This document shows, piece by piece, positions 6,929 to 13,288 of a stretch of 32,000 nucleotides of DNA. A model generated the notes under the pieces. The model saw nothing but the letters and a program-made list of their open reading frames with translations, was not told where the DNA came from and searched no databases. Source of the stretch: Candidatus Saccharimonadota bacterium (GTDB lineage: Bacteria; Patescibacteriota; Saccharimonadia; Saccharimonadales; UBA4665); assembly GCA_963716945.1 (NCBI GenBank), contig OY970322.1, positions 900,001-932,000 of the forward strand, read 5' to 3'. A program made the position numbers and the translations under genes. Numbering within the stretch: position 1 is the first letter of the stretch; every line of letters begins with the position of its first letter.

Positions 6929-7567
6929 TTAATTAGCGGTGGCAGTATAAGTGACGCTGTTGGTGTAAGTACCGGTCGGCTGGCTGGTGTTGGCGGCCAC
7001 GCCGTACCAGACAGTCGTTGTATCGTTAGACGCCGTACCGGAAGTAGTCTTAATGGTGTCAGGCGAGCCGCTGGCCGGCACGGCGGCAAACTTGGCGCTG
7101 CCGATAGCGGCACTGCTCTGGCCCGAGGTGGGACCGGCGCCGAAGCCGCCGACGCCGTCAACCCGGTAGCCCCAGGTGTTGGCGGCCACGACCGCCGGGC
7201 TGGCCTGGGAACCTGAGGAGGCCGGAATGGTATTGCCGCCCGATACGAGATTGGAGCTGGCGCCGGTTTCGGCCAGGTTAAGCGTATAGCCTGAGGAGTC
7301 GCTGGTGCTGACGGTAACGGTGTCGCTGGCAATCGTCTGAGCGCCCGAGCCGGTCGGCACGACGTTGACGTCAACCGTGCCGTTGCTTGTCAGCAAACTG
7401 ATAACCGGACTAAGAGTGGAGCTGATGGTCGTAGCGGCGGTCAAGGCCGACACGGCGGCCGAAGTCCCCAGCGTGGCCAATAGAATAACGCCGGCCAGCA
7501 GCGGCAAGCGCAGCTGGCGTACCAGCGGTTCAAGACGGATAGATCTGTTCGTTTGTTGATTTTTCAT
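6929..7567 (-). CDS. Secreted Thr/Ser/Gly-rich surface subunit, paralogue 3 (WxL-like / SCPU-like)
   Basis: 212 aa. It has an extended basic N-terminus, then LLAGVILLATLGTSAAVSALTA. It is very similar to paralogue 2, including identical 34- and 35-nt DNA tracts. C-terminus TVWYGVAANTSQPTGTYTNSVTYTATAN. Confidence 0.65.
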   Translation of the reverse strand: MKNQQTNRSIRLEPLVRQLRLPLLAGVILLATLGTSAAVSALTAATTISSTLSPVISLLTSNGTVDVNVVPTGSGAQTIASDTVTVSTSDSSGYTLNLAETGASSNLVSGGNTIPASSGSQASPAVVAANTWGYRVDGVGGFGAGPTSGQSSAAIGSAKFAAVPASGSPDTIKTTSGTASNDTTTVWYGVAANTSQPTGTYTNSVTYTATAN

Positions 7568-7763
7568 GTTTTTTTAATTTAATTATCAATATTGTATAGG
7601 CAAGGAGCTCAAATACACAAGCTTTTTAAATACTTTAGCCGCCGGGGTTTGGGGAACGGCTCCATGCAGGTTGTCGCCCATATAAAGCTCATGTTATGAT
7701 TTTAACCAGTGGCTCGTGGAGACGGGACTTGAGATGTTTATTAATACCTAACGGAGGGGTCTT

Positions 7764-8177
7764 ATGACGGCGCGCCTACCGACGCTTGGCGGTGATGCTA
7801 ACAACTGGGGCAGTGTTCTGAACGACTACCTCCAGCAAGCGTTGGCCGCTGACGGTACCTTGGTTACAAGCAGCACCAACTCTTACACCGGTTTGGCCAA
7901 CACCAACCTGGCCAGCGGCAGCAAGCCCGGTATCGTTCAGTTGGCAGGTGATCTCGGCAGCACGGCGGTGTCGCCGACGGTGACCGGCCTGCAAGGCAAC
8001 GCCGTTTCGGCGACCGCGCCGACTGACGGCTATGTTTTGACCTGGAGCGCCGCCGGCAGCCAGTGGCAGCCGGCGGCCGCCAGCGGCGGCGGGGGCGGCT
8101 TCACGGGCGACCTTGACGGCGGCAACGCTACTTCGGCATACGGCGGCACTTCCTCGATAGACGGAGGCACATCCTAG
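7764..8177 (+). CDS. Phage tail-fibre-like small protein (glycine-rich C-terminus)
   Basis: 137 aa with a GGAGGGG SD. LPTLGGDANNWGSVLNDYL and GIVQLAGDLGSTAVSPTVTGLQG...PTDGYVLTW...QWQP are blocks I associate with phage tail-fibre/minor-tail N-terminal modules. The stop is 1 nt before the next start. Confidence 0.5.
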   Translation: MTARLPTLGGDANNWGSVLNDYLQQALAADGTLVTSSTNSYTGLANTNLASGSKPGIVQLAGDLGSTAVSPTVTGLQGNAVSATAPTDGYVLTWSAAGSQWQPAAASGGGGGFTGDLDGGNATSAYGGTSSIDGGTS

Positions 8178-8178
8178 G

Positions 8179-9213
8179 ATGTCGACGACGATTCAGTTCA
8201 GGCGTGACACGGCCGCTAACTGGACTGCGGCCAATCCGACTTTGGCCCAAGGCGAAGTCGGACTGGAAACCGATACCAGTTCTTATAAAATCGGTGACGG
8301 CGCGACCTCTTGGGCCAGCCTGAGCTATAACCAGCTGGCACCCGAAATTACTAGCCTGTTGATGGACGGCCAGACTAACGACCCGTCAGCGCCCAGTTCG
8401 GGCGACCTGACCGTTTATAGCAAAGCTATCGGCGGCCGGATGATGTTGAAGCAAATCGGGCCCAGCGGGCTGGCGACGGCCCTGCAGCCTTTCCTGGCCC
8501 GCAACAAGGTCGGTTACTGGGATCCGCCCGGCAACGCCACGACCGTACCCGGCGTTTTCGGCTACACGGCACCGACGGTGCTGGGCACGGCCACGGCCAG
8601 GAACATCGCAACGACTAACTTGTTTAACCGGATGCGGCGGCTGGGTTTCGTGTCTTCGGCCACGGCCGGCAACCTGAGCGGCGCCTATTTGACGGTGGCC
8701 CAGGTCACGGTTGGCGACGGTTCCGGTAACGGCGGTTTCTACAAGATCTGCCGTTTCGGTTGCAGCGACGCGGCGACGGTGGCCGGCGCCCGGCAGTTTG
8801 TCGGCGTCAGCTCAACGGTATCGGCACCTACTAATGTCGAGCCCTCGACCTTGACTAACTCCATCGGGGTCGGCCATGGCGCGTCCGACACCAACCTCAA
8901 GATATTTTATGGCGGTTCAACGGCCCAGACACCGATCAGCCTGGGCGCAAACTTCCCTGTTAACACGTTGAGTACCGATGTTTATGAGCTGGCTCTATTC
9001 GCGCCGACCAATTCCAACAATACCGTTTACTACGAGGTTACCCGGATTAATACCGGCAATGTCGCTACCGGCACTCTAACCGGTACGGCCGGTACGGCCC
9101 TGCCGTCTTCGACGACCCTTTTGGCCTACCAGCGGGCTTGGCGTAGCAACAACGCCACCGCCAAGGCCGTCGGGCTGGATATTATGAGCGACTACATCGA
9201 GACGGATAACTAG
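8179..9213 (+). CDS. Tail-fibre/receptor-binding-like protein, tandem paralogue A (Mtd/HylP-type N-terminal module)
   Basis: 344 aa. The N-terminus IQFRRDTAANWTAANPTLAQGEVGLETDTSSYKIGDGATSWASLSY matches the conserved N-terminal module of phage hyaluronidase/major-tropism-determinant-type fibres. The remainder is not recognised. It abuts the next gene (TAG then ATG). Confidence 0.6.
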   Translation: MSTTIQFRRDTAANWTAANPTLAQGEVGLETDTSSYKIGDGATSWASLSYNQLAPEITSLLMDGQTNDPSAPSSGDLTVYSKAIGGRMMLKQIGPSGLATALQPFLARNKVGYWDPPGNATTVPGVFGYTAPTVLGTATARNIATTNLFNRMRRLGFVSSATAGNLSGAYLTVAQVTVGDGSGNGGFYKICRFGCSDAATVAGARQFVGVSSTVSAPTNVEPSTLTNSIGVGHGASDTNLKIFYGGSTAQTPISLGANFPVNTLSTDVYELALFAPTNSNNTVYYEVTRINTGNVATGTLTGTAGTALPSSTTLLAYQRAWRSNNATAKAVGLDIMSDYIETDN

Positions 9214-10245
9214 ATGGCCGTACAGATTCAGTGGCGGCGTGATACGGCGGCTAACTGGACCGCTAACAATTCGGTGCTGGCCCAAGGCGAACCGGGGTTC
9301 GAGACGGATACCGGAGCTTACAAAATTGGTGATGGTTCGACTGCCTGGAGCTCTTTGTCTTACGGCAATTATTCTTCCAACCCGATCGCCGCCATGTTCG
9401 CCGACCAAGCCAGCGGCAACGATCCGGCCGCGCCGGCGGCCGGCAAACTGCTGGTTTACGGCAAAACCATTGCCGGCCGCATGATGCTGAAACAAATCGA
9501 CCCGTCCGGCCAAGCCACGGCCATGCAGCCTTTCCTGGCCCGCAACAAGGTCGGTTACTGGATTCCGCCCGGTAATGCCACGACCGTGCCGGAAGTCTTC
9601 GGCTACACCGCGCCGACCGCCATGGGTACGGCCACCGCGGCCAACGTGGCGACGACCAACTTGTTCAACAGGATGCGCCGCTTGAGCTACGTTTCGTCTA
9701 CGTCCGCCGACTCCTATTGCGGCCAACGGGTCGCCGTAGCCCAGGTTTGCATAGATTCCGGCTTTTACAAGATTGTCCGCTTCGGCATTAGCGACGCTAC
9801 CCTGGCCTCGCCGGTCAACATGTTCATCGGCATGAGCGCTACCACGGCCGCGCCGTCAGGCGGCGCCGAACCGTCGACGCTGCTTAACAGTATCGGCGTC
9901 GGCCACGCTTCTACCGACACCAACCTCAAGATATTTTACGGCGGCACGACCGCCCAGACGCCGATTGACCTAGGGTCTAATTTCCCGATCAACACGACCA
10001 AGGTCGACGCCTACGAGCTGGCGCTGTTTTCGCCGCCCGGCGCCGATAACAACGTCTATTACGAGGTTACCCGGATTAATACCGGCAATGTCGCTACCGG
10101 TGTCCTGACGGGTGATACCGGCGGCGTGGAGCTGCCAGCCCCGTTAACGCTTCTGGGCTACGGTTACCACTGGCGCTGCAACTTGGGTACCGGCGTCGCC
10201 GTCAGCCTGGATATCATGAGCGACTATATCGAAACCGACAACTAG
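9214..10245 (+). CDS. Tail-fibre/receptor-binding-like protein, tandem paralogue B
   Basis: 343 aa and collinear with paralogue A. It has the same N-module (IQWRRDTAANWTANNSVLAQGEPGFETDTGAYKIGDGSTAWSSLSY) and the same C-terminal end (LDIMSDYIETDN). Divergent patches lie in between. Confidence 0.6.
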   Translation: MAVQIQWRRDTAANWTANNSVLAQGEPGFETDTGAYKIGDGSTAWSSLSYGNYSSNPIAAMFADQASGNDPAAPAAGKLLVYGKTIAGRMMLKQIDPSGQATAMQPFLARNKVGYWIPPGNATTVPEVFGYTAPTAMGTATAANVATTNLFNRMRRLSYVSSTSADSYCGQRVAVAQVCIDSGFYKIVRFGISDATLASPVNMFIGMSATTAAPSGGAEPSTLLNSIGVGHASTDTNLKIFYGGTTAQTPIDLGSNFPINTTKVDAYELALFSPPGADNNVYYEVTRINTGNVATGVLTGDTGGVELPAPLTLLGYGYHWRCNLGTGVAVSLDIMSDYIETDN

Positions 10246-10658
10246 AGGCCGGCCGCGCGGGCATAATTCTTGAGCCGCAGCCAGCCGGCGATAGCTGCCG
10301 GTTTTGTGGCGGTGACCGGCGCCGACTGGTAGATAACACCGTCGTGCCGGGCATCGACATGGGCCATTATGGTTTTGTACTGGCTTAATATGGCCGGGGT
10401 CAATGTTATGGGTGCCGAATTGAACCTGCCCTTATAAACAAGCGGCATGACATTCTCCGGACTGTTGCTGAGGACCTCCCGTATCCGGCCATGGCTATCA
10501 ACCAAGATGTAGCGTGCCGGAGCGATGGATGCCGAAATGATAACGCTACCGCCCGCAGTCAGAGGGGCCGCTAAGACCGTCCCGGGCCACAAGACGGCCA
10601 AAAGACAGATCACCACTGGTCCGGCGAAAGCCGGCAACCTCCTGAAAAAGTTCGACAT
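10242..10658 (-). CDS. Hypothetical exported or N-terminally anchored protein
   Basis: 138 aa. The N-terminal hydrophobic segment FAGPVVICLLAVLWPGTVLAAP is followed by a beta-rich region. Its stop overlaps the fibre B stop as CTAG. No family recognised. Confidence 0.5.
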   Translation of the reverse strand: MSNFFRRLPAFAGPVVICLLAVLWPGTVLAAPLTAGGSVIISASIAPARYILVDSHGRIREVLSNSPENVMPLVYKGRFNSAPITLTPAILSQYKTIMAHVDARHDGVIYQSAPVTATKPAAIAGWLRLKNYARAAGL

Positions 10659-10663
10659 AGGTC

Positions 10664-10685
10664 AAATAATAGTAAACTATTATTT
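10664..10685. promoter_or_regulatory. Perfect 10-bp inverted repeat (operator or 5-prime hairpin candidate)
   Basis: AAATAATAGT-aa-ACTATTATTT lies 6 nt upstream of the minus-strand start at 10658. Confidence 0.4.
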
Positions 10686-10730
10686 ACTTAGGGTAAATAA
10701 AGTTTCATAGCATAAGCTTTATCGCCGGTT

Positions 10731-10759
10731 TTGACTCTTCCCTATAGGTATGTTACTTT
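10731..10759 (+). promoter_or_regulatory. Candidate promoter TTGACT-17-TACTTT
   Basis: TTGACT 10731-10736, 17-nt spacer, TGtTACTTT with hexamer at 10754-10759. GGGAG SD precedes ATG 10785. Confidence 0.4.
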
Positions 10760-10784
10760 TACTGGGTAAAAGAGCTGGGAGAAT

Positions 10785-11369
10785 ATGTCGGAGCTGCGAA
10801 AAACATTGGCTGCATCAGGCGCGGTTATCGCCACCGGCGGCGCCTTGTTATTGTCCGGCTGCGGCAGCGGCGAATCGCCGGCAGATAAATACCAGGCCGG
10901 CCAGGCCCGCTATAGCCGCATCAGCCGCGTCGCCCGAAAGTTTGTCCGGGCCATGACCCATGAGGCCGAAGCGCCTGAGGACAGTTGGGTTCCTTCATCC
11001 ATATCATGTACCCGCGCCGTAAAGGTCGGCTACCTTGGCAACAGCCAAGTCGAAGAACTTAAAACGCCGCGCCGGCACCTGCGCCCCGGCGACGAGTGCG
11101 TAATTACGGTCGGCGCCGATAAGCAGATTGAAGCAACAATATATATTGACAAGCCGGAAGCGGCCTTCGACGGCAATATCATAGAAGACATCAGCGTGAC
11201 CGGCCTGGCCGGCTGCAGCGTAGAATTCACCAACACCCAGCCGCCCGAGGGCTGGTTAGTCTGGTATCCTTACAGCTCTTCCGGTAGCCCGACTAATGTC
11301 GGGCAGGCTGAGCGATTAGATAACGACGGTATAGGTTGTCTCGATACCATCATGTCGGTCCTGCTCTAA
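10785..11369 (+). CDS. Putative lipoprotein, unknown function
   Basis: 194 aa. Lipobox-like signal ...GGALLLSGCGSGESP. No family recognised. Confidence 0.6.
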   Translation: MSELRKTLAASGAVIATGGALLLSGCGSGESPADKYQAGQARYSRISRVARKFVRAMTHEAEAPEDSWVPSSISCTRAVKVGYLGNSQVEELKTPRRHLRPGDECVITVGADKQIEATIYIDKPEAAFDGNIIEDISVTGLAGCSVEFTNTQPPEGWLVWYPYSSSGSPTNVGQAERLDNDGIGCLDTIMSVLL

Positions 11370-11758
11370 GATTGCGCGGGTGCGTCCTGCAGTACGGCCA
11401 GGATGTTGCCGGCCGGGTCCTTGAACCAGGCGATGTCCGGCCCGCGGTTGGCGGCTAGTCCGCGGGCGATGCCGTCCTCGCCGGTCATACTGTCATAATG
11501 CTCGAATGCCACGCCCCTGGCTTTGAGTTCCTTGACGGCTTCGTCGATGTCGTCGACTGCGAAGTTCAGGATAGTGAAGCCGGCCGGGCGGTGGTCCGGC
11601 TTGCCATAAACGAAGACCGTGCCGCCATTGGGTAATTGCAGTTTAAGGCCCATCTCGCTGCTGTTGGTTTCGAGTTCCAGGACTTCAGTATAGAATTTTT
11701 CGGCGGCCGCGAGATCATCTACCGAGAAACCGCTGAACGCCGCTCTTACTTTGAACAT
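11366..11758 (-). CDS. VOC (glyoxalase/bleomycin-resistance/dioxygenase) family protein
   Basis: 130 aa. FSVDDLAAAEKFYTEVLELE...FTILNFAVDDIDEAVKELKARGVAFE...WFKDPAGNILAVLQ is typical of the VOC fold. GAGGGAGGGTGG SD. Confidence 0.8.
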   Translation of the reverse strand: MFKVRAAFSGFSVDDLAAAEKFYTEVLELETNSSEMGLKLQLPNGGTVFVYGKPDHRPAGFTILNFAVDDIDEAVKELKARGVAFEHYDSMTGEDGIARGLAANRGPDIAWFKDPAGNILAVLQDAPAQS

Positions 11759-11796
11759 GCCACCCTCCCTCTTAATATTCCGATATTCCAGGCTGA

Positions 11797-11805
11797 ATTA
11801 TAACA
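11797..11805 (-). promoter_or_regulatory. Extended -10 element (TGTTATAAT) upstream of the VOC gene
   Basis: The minus strand reads TGTTATAAT (TG-n-TATAAT), 38 nt upstream of ATG 11758. Confidence 0.45.
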
Positions 11806-11821
11806 GCTTCCTGTGAGCGCT

Positions 11822-12589
11822 TCATGAAGCCGCCGGCCGGCGTTTCCGGGCGGCCTTGGGCGGTTGAGGCGGCAGTTTATCTATCTCGTGGGCCAAAGGC
11901 GCGACCTTGAAGCCTAAGACCAGGGCGAAAGTCACGGCGAAGCCGCACAGCACCGACGGGAAACCGACGACATTAAAGCTGCGCAAAATCACGACCCCGA
12001 ACGACGGCAGCAAGAAGGCCAGGTTGCCGGTCTTGAACCACCACAAGCTGCGCTTAACGGTTTCGGATGCGGCCCTTTGTTGCTGCCGGTCGGCCACGAC
12101 CAGCGAAACCAGAATCACGCCGAAGTAGTAAATCACGTACAGCCAGTTAGTGATAATCGGGCTGGTGAAAATAATGTAATTGCCGCCGCAAATGGCCGTC
12201 AGCACGCCCGGGACCAGGACGTAGTATAGGATATAGGGCACGGCCAGGATATAGCAAGCCTTGACGACTTTGCGTTCACGGTAGCCGGCCAGCCGGGAAG
12301 CCAAGTCGACACTGATCGGCGGCAGCAGCGTAATCGCGAAGTAGCCGAGCCGGGCCCAGTCGGTGCTGGCGCTGGCCACGCCGGTACAGATCATGAATTC
12401 GCACAGTTGGAAAACCGCCAGGAAAACCAGCAGGCCGACAATCGGCAGCTGCAGCCGGCGGTAACCGTAGCGGATCAGAACCATCAGCATCAAGGCGACC
12501 TCTATCACGCACGTCGCAATCATAACCGGCGGCGTGAAGCAACCGAAAGTCGTGCCGCCGTCCCCGCCCGGCGATAGCAGTCTATTCAT
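11822..12589 (-). CDS. Polytopic membrane protein, unknown function
   Basis: The track ORF extends to a TTG at 12640. ATG 12589 (MNRLLSPGG...) sits exactly 6 nt downstream of TATAGT (12601-12596), suggesting a leaderless mRNA. About 7 hydrophobic segments and a basic Pro-rich C-terminal tail. Confidence 0.55.
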   Translation of the reverse strand: MNRLLSPGGDGGTTFGCFTPPVMIATCVIEVALMLMVLIRYGYRRLQLPIVGLLVFLAVFQLCEFMICTGVASASTDWARLGYFAITLLPPISVDLASRLAGYRERKVVKACYILAVPYILYYVLVPGVLTAICGGNYIIFTSPIITNWLYVIYYFGVILVSLVVADRQQQRAASETVKRSLWWFKTGNLAFLLPSFGVVILRSFNVVGFPSVLCGFAVTFALVLGFKVAPLAHEIDKLPPQPPKAARKRRPAAS

Positions 12590-12652
12590 AAGCAAACTAT
12601 AGCGCCTGCAGCCGCCGGAACGCAAATTGGCGGCTGCCAAAGTATACTTAAC

Positions 12653-13264
12653 ATGATGGCTAATAAAACCGTGCGTTATTTGTTGCTGGGCCAGTTCAGC
12701 CTGTTTGGCTTTCTCCTGATTTGTTTGGCATTAATTCCCCATTTCCTCTTCGAATCTAACGAGGGCGGCGTCAGCAACTACGGCCTGTACGCCAGGACGG
12801 TCGTACCGTATACGCTGGCTTTCGGTCTCTGCGGGTCGCTGACGCTGCGGTCAGCCCTTGTTATGCCTAAGCAAACGCCGTCTTATAAAGCCCTGCGGGG
12901 CTGGCTGGCCGCCTTGGGCATTTTGCTAATCGCCGTGCTGGTCTCGACATACCCTTATAAGGTCAACGATACCTTGAATGCCATCCACGTTGATGCCGGC
13001 ACGGCACTGGCGTTCCTGGAACTGGGGCTGGGCGCCTGGTTCGCGCTGGGCCTGGTGCGCGACCTGAAAAACGGGGCGTTATTCGCGCTGCAGCTAGCCG
13101 GCTTCGGCCTCGGCGTCCTGACCCACTTCGGCGCCATCCACATCCTGTTCGTCACCGAGCTGCTGACGAGCCTGGCGTTCGGCACTATCATGGTGCGGAC
13201 CGTGGACGGCCTAACTTCGGCCGGCCGGCCTGGCGATTTTAAGCGTAAGCAATTGCAAAATTGA
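12653..13264 (+). CDS. Polytopic membrane protein, unknown function
   Basis: 203 aa with about 6 hydrophobic segments. The tandem ATGATG start lies 4 or 7 nt after TATACT (12643-12648), so the real start may be 12656 on a leaderless mRNA. Confidence 0.6.
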   Translation: MMANKTVRYLLLGQFSLFGFLLICLALIPHFLFESNEGGVSNYGLYARTVVPYTLAFGLCGSLTLRSALVMPKQTPSYKALRGWLAALGILLIAVLVSTYPYKVNDTLNAIHVDAGTALAFLELGLGAWFALGLVRDLKNGALFALQLAGFGLGVLTHFGAIHILFVTELLTSLAFGTIMVRTVDGLTSAGRPGDFKRKQLQN

Positions 13265-13288
13265 ATATTTAGAAGTATAGTACCCTGA

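Noticed and set aside
6922-7374. 150-aa Pro/Ala-rich ORF on the minus strand (and the similar 4616-4939)
   Set aside because: It is an alternative frame of the surface-subunit paralogues. The paralogue frames are mutually conserved with signal peptides, and these are not.
7373-7384. Perfect 12-bp palindrome GTTGACGTCAAC, sharing GTTGA/TCAAC with the XRE operators
   Set aside because: It lies inside the coding sequence (encoding VDVNV of paralogue 3) and has no N6 spacer. The equivalent site in paralogue 2 is imperfect, so it is probably a coding coincidence.
9076-9726. 216-aa minus-strand Arg/Gly-rich ORF
   Set aside because: It is antisense to the junction of the two fibre paralogues. Its low-complexity R/G composition is typical of the reverse frame of GC-rich coding DNA.
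8179-10245. Diversity-generating retroelement (DGR) target, suggested by the Mtd-like N-terminal module
   Set aside because: There is no reverse transcriptase, no non-coding template repeat and no C-type-lectin-like C-terminus in the window. Differences between the two paralogues are not restricted to adenine positions, for example gcactctaac versus gtgtcctgac after the identical 41-nt tract.
7764-10658. Prophage or prophage remnant
   Set aside because: Only fibre-like genes are present. No integrase, terminase, capsid, portal, tape-measure, baseplate or lysis genes and no flanking direct repeats were recognised. It is kept as orphan fibre-like genes instead.
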